NCBI RefSeq assembly: GCF_000195975.1
Contig: NC_005070.1
Coordinates: forward strand, 1,140,001 to 1,172,000
Direction of reading: 5' to 3'
Source of the DNA: Parasynechococcus marenigrum WH 8102
GTDB taxonomy: Bacteria > Cyanobacteriota > Cyanobacteriia > PCC-6307 > Cyanobiaceae
DNA: 32,000 nucleotides
The translations under genes were made by a program, and so were the position numbers. Below, one piece after another: positions 10,479 through 18,051 of this stretch. Position 1 is the first letter of the stretch; every line of letters begins with the position of its first letter. A model generated the notes under the pieces. That model was not told the DNA's origin, did no database searches, and saw nothing but the letters and a program-made list of their open reading frames with translations.

Positions 10479-10934
10479 TCAGCTTTTGAACAGATCGCCG
10501 GCGATGGTCATGAACCCCTTCATGCCAGCACCCGGGCGACGCTTGCGAGCCCGAAGCCCGGTACCGGCCACCAGATTGGCCGGGGCATAGGTGCTCATCG
10601 TGACGACTGGACGGGCGGCCTGGGTTGCAGCGAGTTCTGTAGCGATGGCCTCAGCGGTGGTCTGCACCGCAGCTACTGCAGCAGCCCCTTCATCAACAGC
10701 CTTGGCCTCGCTGGTTGTGGCCTCGCTGGCGGCGGGGGCTTTCACGGCTGCCACGCCAAGAGATGGCTGCTCAGTCACTGAGGCGTCAGCAGCGGGCTCT
10801 TCAACTGCGGCTGCTTCGGGCAAGTCCAGGCTGACCGGCTCGGCGGTTTCGTCGAGCGTCAGGAAGAAGCCCTTGTTCTGGTTGAACAGCATGCCGAGAG
10901 TTCCACTCACAACAGCGATGATTCTGCGATGCAA
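10479..10934 (-). CDS. hypothetical Ala-rich protein (alternative start 10892)
   Basis: ORF with a low-complexity Ala/Glu/Thr middle and a basic C-terminus. No motif recognised. Confidence 0.45.
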   Translation of the reverse strand: MHRRIIAVVSGTLGMLFNQNKGFFLTLDETAEPVSLDLPEAAAVEEPAADASVTEQPSLGVAAVKAPAASEATTSEAKAVDEGAAAVAAVQTTAEAIATELAATQAARPVVTMSTYAPANLVAGTGLRARKRRPGAGMKGFMTIAGDLFKS

Positions 10935-10979
10935 GGCCCTGTTCAGGACCTTTGCTTACGGCACTGCAACACGGCATCA

Positions 10980-11699
10980 ATGATCTGGATTCAAGCCCTG
11001 CTGCTCAACACCGTCCTGATTGCTGTGGCCCAACGCGCCCCTCTGCTCACCCTTGCCGGCTGGGTTCATGCGGGTGCTCTGGGCACGATTCTCTGGGGTT
11101 GTCTCGGCTGGCGTGGATGGGTGGCTGTGGTGGCCTATCTGGTGCTGGGCAGCCTGGTGACCCGGCTCGGCCTGCGCGAGAAGCAGGAGCGTGGTCTGGC
11201 GGAGGCCCGAGGCGGCCGGCGTGGACCGGAAAATGTCTGGGGATCGGCAGCCACCGGTGCATGTCTCGCCCTCCTGATCGGCGCGGGTGTTGAACCCGGT
11301 CCATTGCTGTTGGTTGGATTCTCGGCAAGTTTTTCCGCCAAGCTGGCCGACACCTTCGGCAGCGAAATCGGCAAGCGCTGGGGCCGGCGGCCGGTGCTGA
11401 TCACAACCCTGCGTTCCGTGCCGCCTGGCACGGAAGGAGCCATCAGCCTGGCGGGAACCCTGGCCAGTGCCGCCGGCAGCGTGCTGATGACCCTGGTGAT
11501 GTGGCAGCTGCAACTGCTGCCATCGATCAGCGTCAGCCTGGTGGTGATGCTGATCGGTCTCCTGGCCACCCTGGCGGAGAGCCTGCTTGGGGCCCTCGCA
11601 CAGGATCGGTTCCGCTGGTTGAGCAATGAACTTGTGAATGCTCTGCAGACCTTGCTGGCCGCCGTTATGGCGATGCTGTGGCTTGGCGGCAGGATCTGA
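10980..11699 (+). CDS. integral membrane protein (multi-span; possibly DUF92/TMEM19-like)
   Basis: Repeated hydrophobic segments throughout. A longer alternative start is at 10929. The family name is from memory only. Confidence 0.6.
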   Translation: MIWIQALLLNTVLIAVAQRAPLLTLAGWVHAGALGTILWGCLGWRGWVAVVAYLVLGSLVTRLGLREKQERGLAEARGGRRGPENVWGSAATGACLALLIGAGVEPGPLLLVGFSASFSAKLADTFGSEIGKRWGRRPVLITTLRSVPPGTEGAISLAGTLASAAGSVLMTLVMWQLQLLPSISVSLVVMLIGLLATLAESLLGALAQDRFRWLSNELVNALQTLLAAVMAMLWLGGRI

Positions 11700-12111
11700 G
11701 CGGCAGCAGACCGTCCTGCTCCGCCCAGTGCTGCAAGAGCTCGATCGCGTTACGGATGGACTTGCGCAGCTGGTGTTGCGGCACGCCGGTGGCTGATGCG
11801 ATGCGTCGCACACTGTCCCCTTCGATGAAGTGCCGCTGCAACAGCTGCCGTTGCTGTGGCTTCAGCAACGCCAGGCCACGGTCCAGCCAGCGGTCCTCAA
11901 GATCGTCGTTCACCGGGTTGGTGGCCTGCTCATGGATGGCGCTGATGGGCACCATGCGTTGCGCTTGCTGACTGCTGCAGGCTTCCTGCCAGCGCTGAAT
12001 CGTGATGTTGAGAGCGTCCGCCAGACGAGCGTCCGACAGGGCCGGCCCACCACGTTGCATTTGCTCCTGCTGCATCGCCTGGCCTTTCACATAGGTGTCC
12101 CGCAGCCGCCT
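11665..12111 (-). pseudogene. sigma-70 family sigma factor, C-terminal half (regions 3-4), detached from its N-terminal half
   Basis: The frame is open from 12111 and reads RRLRDTYVKGQAMQQEQ...PALSDARLADALNIT... then the region-4 HTH LLKPQQRQLLQRHFIEGDSVRRIASATGVPQHQLRKSIRNAIELLQ. An in-frame TGA (12114-12112) sits immediately upstream, where GC content collapses. There is no region 2 and no native start. Confidence 0.85.
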
Positions 12112-12272
12112 TCAGAATGAAGCAGTTCGTGGTGGCTTTGGTGAAGACTGGAAAGCCTACGCTACAAAGAAGTTCCGTGAGGAAGTGACTCAATCATTGG
12201 TTGGTAGTCCAACTATTGGTATTGGTCAGAAAGGGCTAGTTACTGGTCCGTCTAAGCAAGTGGGTTCTAACT

Positions 12273-12596
12273 ATGCCTGCAAGTGAAGACGAGCTGTATT
12301 TGACCTGCAGCGCCTGCGGTTCCATACACACTATCTCAGATGCTGGAGACCTAGAGCTTGTAGAAGATAAGCGACCAGGTGCATCTGGTATTAATGGAAT
12401 CAAGACTACAACAGTAGGTGGTGATACCTGGCAGCAGGATAAATACATCGCTTCGGAACCACAGCAATACCAACCACCTATCACGATGATTGCTGGTGTC
12501 GCTGGTAAACAAAACCAAATCAAAGCAGACCAATCACTGCTAGAAGCATCAAACAAAGATTGGAAATCAAAGAATATCCCTACTGATTTAAAATGA
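12273..12596 (+). CDS. hypothetical protein (107 aa), first gene of coupled trio
   Basis: ATG ORF. Its stop overlaps the next start (ATGA at 12593-12596). It contains a single CSAC motif and has no recognisable family. Confidence 0.55.
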   Translation: MPASEDELYLTCSACGSIHTISDAGDLELVEDKRPGASGINGIKTTTVGGDTWQQDKYIASEPQQYQPPITMIAGVAGKQNQIKADQSLLEASNKDWKSKNIPTDLK

Positions 12597-13048
12597 CTTT
12601 TAACGACAACCACGATGCAGACAATAACGCTACTGCTAATCGAGTTCACTTTGATAGCCAGCTACCCGACATTAATCAACCTAAGAAAAGGAAGTTCACT
12701 GATGTCCTGCCTATCTTGCTGTCCTGTCGTGTTCGTTTGAATGATACACAACGGGAACAGCTGAAGAAGGTATGGCGTGACATTAGGGCTAACGAAGCAC
12801 CACAGCCTATGTCCAATCCAGGCTCCACAGTCCGTAGCTACTCAGCAGCTACTACCACCTCTGCTGAAAAGGCATTGAACACAAGTAGCCTTATCATCTC
12901 TGACTTAATCAGCACTAGAGATACCATTGCATTGACTACCATCATTGAGTTGGAACGAGTGTTTGGTATTGAGTTACTTAGCAAGGAAGCATTTATGGCT
13001 GCAGCCGAGAACTACTATCAATACAACAAAGAAGGTAGGTATGAGTGA
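12593..13048 (+). CDS. hypothetical protein (151 aa); C-terminus weakly HTH-like
   Basis: Translationally coupled on both sides. The C-terminal TIALTTIIELERVFGIELLSKEAF loosely resembles the end of an XRE-type HTH (weak). Confidence 0.55.
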   Translation: MTFNDNHDADNNATANRVHFDSQLPDINQPKKRKFTDVLPILLSCRVRLNDTQREQLKKVWRDIRANEAPQPMSNPGSTVRSYSAATTTSAEKALNTSSLIISDLISTRDTIALTTIIELERVFGIELLSKEAFMAAAENYYQYNKEGRYE

Positions 13049-13343
13049 TAACTACGGGAGTTCTTCTTATAGGCAGTTCAAACCTATCTCATCCACGCTG
13101 AAGGTATCAGCAGGTGAGGCTAAGAACCCTACTGCTAAGCAGCACCTCAATAAGCTGGACTTGCAGCCTCTTACAGAAATAAAGAGAGGAGATAGGTCTA
13201 GCACTCTTTGGAGTAAAAGAAAAGAACTTCAAGCCAAAGGTCAAAGCCTTGGCACCATTGAAACATCATCTATGTATGAACCCGATGCTCTAATTTACGA
13301 ATGTGAGCCAGATGACAACCATATTGATGAAGCAGTGTTCTAA
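13041..13343 (+). CDS. hypothetical protein (100 aa)
   Basis: The ATG at 13041 overlaps the upstream stop by 8 nt (tATGAGTGA). The longer ORF-track start at 12945 lies inside the previous gene. Confidence 0.5.
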   Translation: MSDNYGSSSYRQFKPISSTLKVSAGEAKNPTAKQHLNKLDLQPLTEIKRGDRSSTLWSKRKELQAKGQSLGTIETSSMYEPDALIYECEPDDNHIDEAVF

Positions 13344-13616
13344 CTCTGCTGGAGAGCCTAGCCTCCTCCTTGAATCTTATCTACGGATTCTAAATTGCTC
13401 AAGGCAAACCATTCAGGTTGGTGCATATACACTAACTAGATACTTGAACCTTTAGACTGTACATTCGCAACGTCCGGGATAAGGGTTCTTCAAAGCAGGG
13501 TATAGATACGGACTGAGGAAGGGTGGACCTCACGCTGGTAAGTTTTTTTCTAATTGTCTTGCCATATTTCTTCTAGGTGCAATTCCTAGACTTGCTTTTA
13601 AATACATACACACCAA

Positions 13617-13886
13617 ATGAATACCTACTCATACCTTAAAGCTAATATCGATTCACTATCTCAGCGTTGGCATGATGGACTGAAAGACTTACAAGATATA
13701 ACGCATCCACCATCGAGAGCAGAGCATATCGATTATCTAAATGAAGTTTATATTGAAGCCGCTGAGCTACATGAGTTATGCAGCCAAGAGCTTCACCCTG
13801 TTCTATTAACAAAGCTTGGTCATATTATCTCTAGAGACTTTGATCAACAAATCCAACTATACAAGAAAGTAACTAAAGCCAAATGA
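13617..13886 (+). CDS. hypothetical acidic helical protein (89 aa), first gene of second coupled trio
   Basis: ATG ORF. Its stop overlaps the next ATG (ATGA at 13883-13886). Confidence 0.55.
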   Translation: MNTYSYLKANIDSLSQRWHDGLKDLQDITHPPSRAEHIDYLNEVYIEAAELHELCSQELHPVLLTKLGHIISRDFDQQIQLYKKVTKAK

Positions 13887-14038
13887 ACTATCAACAGCAA
13901 CAGCAACCATTCCCTAAACAATCTAATACCTCTGAAGTTGATGAGATCCTTACCTTTGGTGGCAGTCAATCGTCAGCATTGCTCCAACGTATGCGTCAAC
14001 AAATGCTTGAGAAACTCTCCCAAAAATCAAAGTATTAA
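13883..14038 (+). CDS. unlisted 51-aa Gln-rich ORF (MNYQQQQQPFPKQSNTSEVDEILTFGGSQSSALLQRMRQQMLEKLSQKSKY)
   Basis: Below the ORF-track size cutoff; found by hand translation. It exactly fills the gap between 13886 and 14041, with an ATGA overlap upstream and a 2-nt spacer downstream. Confidence 0.5.
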   Translation: MNYQQQQQPFPKQSNTSEVDEILTFGGSQSSALLQRMRQQMLEKLSQKSKY

Positions 14039-14040
14039 TC

Positions 14041-14361
14041 ATGTATAACCAACCTTCCCGACATACAGGCAAACTCAAGAAAGCTGCTTCTAATCCCTTC
14101 ATTGGATCTGCATCTGGTGGTAGTTCACAAGAGATCAACACTGATGCTAATGGCATGATTTCAGCTTCTAATCCACGTCAAACGCCTTTCAGTCCTGCAT
14201 CAGAGCGTACGTTTGATATGTCTCAGTCAAAGGGTATGAACCAAGCTCAGCAATCCCGTGCAGCAGTTTCAATGCAAACACGTCATCAACAGCAAACGGA
14301 TCGATATATTCCTAAATTATTTCGACACGCTGGCTCTATGCGAATGAAACAGCATTTCTAA
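14041..14361 (+). CDS. hypothetical Ser/Gln-rich, probably disordered protein (106 aa)
   Basis: The ATG lies 2 nt after the preceding stop. Low-complexity polar composition. Confidence 0.5.
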   Translation: MYNQPSRHTGKLKKAASNPFIGSASGGSSQEINTDANGMISASNPRQTPFSPASERTFDMSQSKGMNQAQQSRAAVSMQTRHQQQTDRYIPKLFRHAGSMRMKQHF

Positions 14362-14548
14362 AAAAACAAGTACATCGTTAGATTGTTTCGCCTACAAACT
14401 AATATCGATAAGCGCCTTAAGCAGTCGACCAGGCGAATATAAAGGAATAAGGCTTTGTGGCTAATGAATTACTTTCTAGCATTAAAAATAATCTAAAAAC
14501 GAAGCCTTCACAGATCTACCAGTTTCTCAAGCTCTGCCAAATAAATTC

Positions 14549-14569
14549 AAAAAACAGTTCAAAGAACTG
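14549..14569 (-). terminator. intrinsic terminator after the radical SAM gene
   Basis: Minus-strand CAGTTC-TTT-GAACTG hairpin (14555-14569) followed by TTTTTT (14549-14554). It lies about 40 nt downstream of the stop at 14611. Confidence 0.6.
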
Positions 14570-14610
14570 AAACGCATTTAAAACCTCCAAAATTTCTTTA
14601 AAAATAAAGA

Positions 14611-15651
14611 CTATCTTTTAGGCAGCAGATCTTTGAAAGTAAGAGGTTGATAAAATTCACATTTTTTGCAAGGCGAAAGTTCTCCGCTGCTGAAATCATT
14701 AAGCACACTTTCTCTCCATTTACGCAAGGATGCGCGAAAGTTTTCATTATTTACGTTGCAAATTACCTGACTCAAGGAATAATCATGGCAACATATATTG
14801 ACATTGCCATTACCCAGCACAACTGGTTGGCTGCCAAACTTTTTGACAATACACTTTTTGGCAGGCAACGGAATCTCGAGCAGAATAATAGGCCTAAAAA
14901 ATACATAGATTCGCTTCAGCGATTGTTTTATCAGCGTAGCTACTTGAGACTTAGACTTATATTTCCATAACTTTCTAAAATAGAGTGAATCTACACCAGA
15001 AGACCTAGAGCTAAGTTTTCGATGGCGAGACATACCAGCAAAGAGATGAGACTTGTTGGCGAGTATTTCTTCTATTTGTGGATGAAAAGATGGTCCAAAA
15101 GTTAGAGCTCTTAGCTCTACTCCATTATGGCTAGATCTTTCAAAGTCGTCTAAAAATCTTGCCAAAGTAGTCAAGTAGCTATCATCAACTTGCAGCACGC
15201 CATCTTCCATTAATCCAGCATCATCAGGAAGATGCAAGCCAATACTTTTAAAAAAAGAAGGGTTATTTGCTATGAAATCTATATTATACGGAAATCCTGT
15301 AAGAGTGGTAGAAATTTGCTGCTCGAGCTTAAGATCTGCACAATGTTGAGCCATAGCCGAGAAGTCCTTATTAGCACAGGGTTCTGAATAGCCAGTCCAA
15401 TGGATATTGAGTGTGGGATAATCATGAAAATTTTTCAAGTAGCATTTAAAATTATCTAAAGTGATTGACTTATTGTTTATATTTTTGAACTTAAGGCTGG
15501 ATTTGCGCAATGTCTCCTGAGGACAATATTTACACCTAACACCACAAGCAGGTGTTGTTGTAAACTCAATATGATATTTACTGTCTTCATCTGAATCAAT
15601 AGAATGTTCTAAACTTTTTTGGCGAATGAAAGAAAGAATTTTTTCCTTCAT
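14611..15651 (-). CDS. radical SAM enzyme with Cys-rich C-terminal (SPASM/twitch-like) extension, 346 aa
   Basis: Canonical CxxxCxxC cluster motif ACGVRCKYCPQ near the N-terminus, and WTGYSEP in the position of the GGE SAM-binding motif. The C-terminus GNGNVNICCHDYSLSQVICNV...SPCKKCEFY resembles auxiliary-cluster domains. AAGGA Shine-Dalgarno about 8 nt upstream of the ATG. Confidence 0.8.
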   Translation of the reverse strand: MKEKILSFIRQKSLEHSIDSDEDSKYHIEFTTTPACGVRCKYCPQETLRKSSLKFKNINNKSITLDNFKCYLKNFHDYPTLNIHWTGYSEPCANKDFSAMAQHCADLKLEQQISTTLTGFPYNIDFIANNPSFFKSIGLHLPDDAGLMEDGVLQVDDSYLTTLARFLDDFERSSHNGVELRALTFGPSFHPQIEEILANKSHLFAGMSRHRKLSSRSSGVDSLYFRKLWKYKSKSQVATLIKQSLKRIYVFFRPIILLEIPLPAKKCIVKKFGSQPVVLGNGNVNICCHDYSLSQVICNVNNENFRASLRKWRESVLNDFSSGELSPCKKCEFYQPLTFKDLLPKR

Positions 15652-15889
15652 GACTATCCTTTTTACATATCATACCATTCGTCAATAGTTCTAGACGGGC
15701 AGGATAGACAATTCGGTAACTGTAACCTTGTGCGTAGAGAATACAGCAGGCTCTGGCACCCACCTATGACACCTTCTGGCACCTTAGAGACGGTATAGTA
15801 ATGGCATACGGGAGCAAGCAACAAGCTAAATATCAATAATGCACTGGCACTACTCAACGCAGATACTGCACATCAAATCACTACAAACC

Positions 15890-15905
15890 ATATTGACATA
15901 TTGAC
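15890..15905 (+). repeat. tandem 8-mer ATATTGAC x2, sharing the 11-mer ATTGACATATT with the right arm of the element
   Basis: Read directly. ATTGACATATT is at 15892-15902 and again at 18041-18051. The site lies about 240 nt upstream of the radical SAM start. Confidence 0.6.
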
Positions 15906-16100
15906 CACCAAACACAGCAAGAACTTTCTAGGGCGGCTGGATAATTAGTATAAGTTAGTTGCACGACACGAGCTTAAAAATAACGCCGAATCCTAGGCAT
16001 CATTCAATTCAGCAAGCAGTGCGATTACAGCACTCATAGACAAGCTATGATCAATGCATTCGCTGTCTTGCCTGATGCCTCATATACAACATAAGTGCAT

Positions 16101-16223
16101 ATGGAGTATAGACAAAAGCTAATCAAGCTACTAGCTGAACTACAAGCTAATAACAAATCTCCTGACATTATTGCGTCTGTTCAAAAAGCAATAGCAGAGA
16201 TAGATAAGAGACAGAACGACTGA
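16101..16223 (+). CDS. possible 40-aa helical ORF (MEYRQKLIKLLAELQANNKSPDIIASVQKAIAEIDKRQND)
   Basis: Hand-translated ATG ORF ending 44 nt before a hairpin plus T-run. No Shine-Dalgarno and no family. Confidence 0.3.
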   Translation: MEYRQKLIKLLAELQANNKSPDIIASVQKAIAEIDKRQND

Positions 16224-16266
16224 CACTCCTGGCATTGAGAGTCTTGCTCATCTAAGTCCAGGCATG

Positions 16267-16309
16267 GCAGTGAATGGCTGAAGGTTCGATTCCTTCCACT
16301 GCTGTTTTT
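16267..16309 (+). other. tRNA-derived minihelix (acceptor-like stem plus canonical T-arm) followed by a T-run; not a complete tRNA
   Basis: GCAGTG-AATGGCT-GAAGG-TTCGATT-CCTTC-CACTGC-TG-TTTTT. The T stem-loop GAAGGTTCGATTCCTTC matches the tRNA T-arm consensus. No D arm or anticodon arm could be built upstream. Confidence 0.55.
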
Positions 16310-16542
16310 CAAGACAAGACAACCTAATAACAACGACTATTTACAATAAAGAATACCTCAATGAGCTAATTAATTCTGGTATTGCTCTTAACGATAAAGA
16401 GACTGCAATTATAGAACAATACCTTTTCGACAACTCCGAATACTATTACCCAAAAGGCTACTCCATACCTTCTGATGTATTGAGCGATAAACGGCTCAAA
16501 CCACTGGCATCTGGTGCTGTTAAAAAGGCTAGGAGGCGTTGA
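16282..16542 (+). pseudogene. 86-codon open frame with no start codon, beginning inside the tRNA-like element and ending 1 nt before the HNH gene
   Basis: Hand translation: ...TTIYNKEYLNELINSGIALNDKETAIIEQYLFDNSEYYYPKGYSIPSDVLSDKRLKPLASGAVKKARRR*. It looks protein-like, but there is no ATG or GTG and only a late TTG. Possibly a 5'-truncated gene. Confidence 0.35.
16531..16536 (+). promoter_or_regulatory. Shine-Dalgarno AGGAGG for the HNH-like gene
   Basis: AGGAGG lies 7 nt upstream of the ATG at 16544. This supports 16544 rather than the GTG at 16514 as the start. Confidence 0.7.
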
Positions 16543-16543
16543 A

Positions 16544-17080
16544 ATGAAGAAGGTAATAGATACTGTTACTCATACAGATAAAAAAGGTAAAACAGTTAAA
16601 CAACACATTATTCAGTGTGATTCTTGCGGTAGACATACCAAGGCTCCAACCACTCCAAAAGCTCTAAGGAATAAACTTAATTCTCGTTGTGTTTGTGGTG
16701 TCCTTGGTTCAGCACCTCAATCCATACCTGAATGTCGCGGTCAAGATGGTAGAAGTTATCATCCTCTATATAATACTTACAAGGTCATGATTCAACGTTG
16801 CTATAATGAATCAGCTTTCTGCTATGAAAGATATGGTGGACGTGGTATCACTGTCTGCCAAGAATGGCTTAACGACTTCTGGATGTTTGTTTATCATATG
16901 GGTGAACGACCTGAAGGAAAAACTTTTGATAGAGTTGACAATGACTATATCTATTGTCCTGAAAACTGTCGTTGGGCTACTCCATTAGAGCAGGCTCATA
17001 ACAGGTCAAATCCGCCAATGACTGATGAAGAAGTAGAAGCTGCTATAGCACGTCAACGCCAATCAAAACGTGAATGGTAG
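16544..17080 (+). CDS. phage-type HNH-like nuclease-fold protein with N-terminal zinc ribbon (178 aa)
   Basis: CDSCGRH...CVCG zinc ribbon. YNTYKVMIQRCYNESAFCYERYGGRGITVCQEW followed by FDRVDNDYIYCPENCRWATPLEQAHNRS, a pattern I associate with free-standing phage HNH/AP2-like endonucleases. Confidence 0.65.
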   Translation: MKKVIDTVTHTDKKGKTVKQHIIQCDSCGRHTKAPTTPKALRNKLNSRCVCGVLGSAPQSIPECRGQDGRSYHPLYNTYKVMIQRCYNESAFCYERYGGRGITVCQEWLNDFWMFVYHMGERPEGKTFDRVDNDYIYCPENCRWATPLEQAHNRSNPPMTDEEVEAAIARQRQSKREW

Positions 17081-17569
17081 GAACGTAGCAAACATCTCTA
17101 CGAATGGTGTCCTCATAAAAGAACTTACATCAAGCTGTAGAAGCTCCTGTAAGGCTGTTTAGAGTGGTCTCTAGGGTATTTATCCTGTTGACCACTTTTA
17201 ACGGCTTCTAGGCTTATTTATGCACCAATAACCTAGTAAAAATACCAAAAAAAATAATTTCAAATGAAGTCGATAAGATTTGCCAGAGATGCGTCAGCCC
17301 ATATATCGATGGTATTGGGCGCAATTTCCTCCCCATGCACCCATCTAAGCGCTGGAGATTGGCGACTTGGGTGAAAACACACCTATGTATCGCGCGAGTG
17401 CGCCTGCGATATCTAGGCGCGGCTGAAGAGGTAACTAAATCAAACCTAGCCTTACGGACGGAAGTCACTACTTCTGCAGCTGGTGGTGGCTGCACAGCTG
17501 TAGGATTTTTTTGCACGCCAGACTGACAATCTAGGCGTAACTAGGTAGGCTTCAAGCTATGACTGGTTT

Positions 17570-17603
17570 GATTGATCAGCACATACTCAGTCACTGATCA
17601 ATC
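17570..17603. repeat. perfect 10-bp inverted repeat GATTGATCAG / CTGATCAATC with 14-nt spacer
   Basis: Read directly (17570-17579 and 17594-17603). It abuts the CATACCAACAT motif at 17604-17614. Confidence 0.8.
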
Positions 17604-18031
17604 CATACCAACATGGGTTGAGATAGCAGTGATGCAGTGAGCTGCTGCACTCACTATCGGACTGGTATGAATCAAGGGATGTAGGCACCGTGCTTACTGC
17701 TCATCCATGCTGTAGATGCCAAGCGGAGTTACGCACGGAGTGCAAGTAACGGAGCGGATACAACACTGTTGATATCTATCTAATGATTGTTATTATCTAC
17801 TTATATTGATTGCATCTGGTTTTATTGCTAACTGTTTTGTGCAATATTTATACTAAACCGTGCAATTTACGTGCCTTTTGCCCATATTTTAGTAGTGCAT
17901 CGGTAGCGAAAGAATAGAGAGCTAAATACTTGGCAAAGTATCACTAACTGTTCATTGGAAAACTAAAGAGTATTCATTCAATCCAGATGCACCGATCCTT
18001 GCTGACCTTGTATCGGCTTGGTATAGAGGCT

Positions 18032-18051
18032 CATACCAACATTGACATATT
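18032..18051 (+). repeat. composite 20-mer CATACCAACATTGACATATT whose halves recur elsewhere in the element
   Basis: CATACCAACAT is exact at 17604-17614 and 18032-18042. ATTGACATATT is exact at 15892-15902 and 18041-18051. Related (C)ATACCA / TGGTAT units are at 15671, 17663, 18018, 18064, 18075, 18091, and in opposite orientation at the left end (12197-12207, 12216-12222). Confidence 0.75.

Noticed and set aside
12095-12286. 63-aa plus-strand ORF spanning the left junction of the island.
   Set aside because: It starts inside the antisense sigma fragment, crosses the composition boundary, and has no motif. Most likely a chance frame.
14647-14970. 107-aa plus-strand ORF inside the radical SAM gene.
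   Set aside because: It is antisense to a gene with clear motifs and has low-complexity AT-driven composition.
14611-15651. Prokaryotic viperin (antiviral radical SAM).
   Set aside because: The cluster motif context and the Cys-rich C-terminal extension do not resemble viperin, which lacks an auxiliary-cluster domain. No supporting neighbourhood.
15663-15857. 64-aa Cys-containing ORF ending 11 nt upstream of the radical SAM start, considered as a RiPP precursor. Tiny Cys-rich frames such as MVCSDLMCSICVE (from 15891) were considered too.
   Set aside because: It has only a TTG start, no Shine-Dalgarno, and hydrophobic, odd composition. The tiny frames are within chance expectation. Worth a homology check, but not supportable from sequence alone.
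16267-16309. Complete tRNA, or a tmRNA acceptor piece (two-piece tmRNAs exist in marine cyanobacteria).
   Set aside because: There are no D or anticodon arms. The acceptor sequence lacks the GGGGCUG/...CAGCUCCACCA and G-U features of tmRNA, and there is no CCA. Kept only as a tRNA-derived fragment.
17214-17526. ORFs 17214-17516 (minus, GTG start) and 17335-17526 (plus).
   Set aside because: They overlap each other, have Arg/Ala-rich or patchy composition, and show no motifs. They probably reflect the local GC-rich patch rather than genes.
17625-17702. Possible tRNA: AGCAGTG ... TACTGCT could pair as a 7-bp acceptor stem 77 nt apart, with a GCAG/CTGC D-stem.
   Set aside because: No anticodon stem or T-arm can be formed (CTCAC does not pair with CTGGT, and there is no TTCRA loop). 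Not a tRNA.
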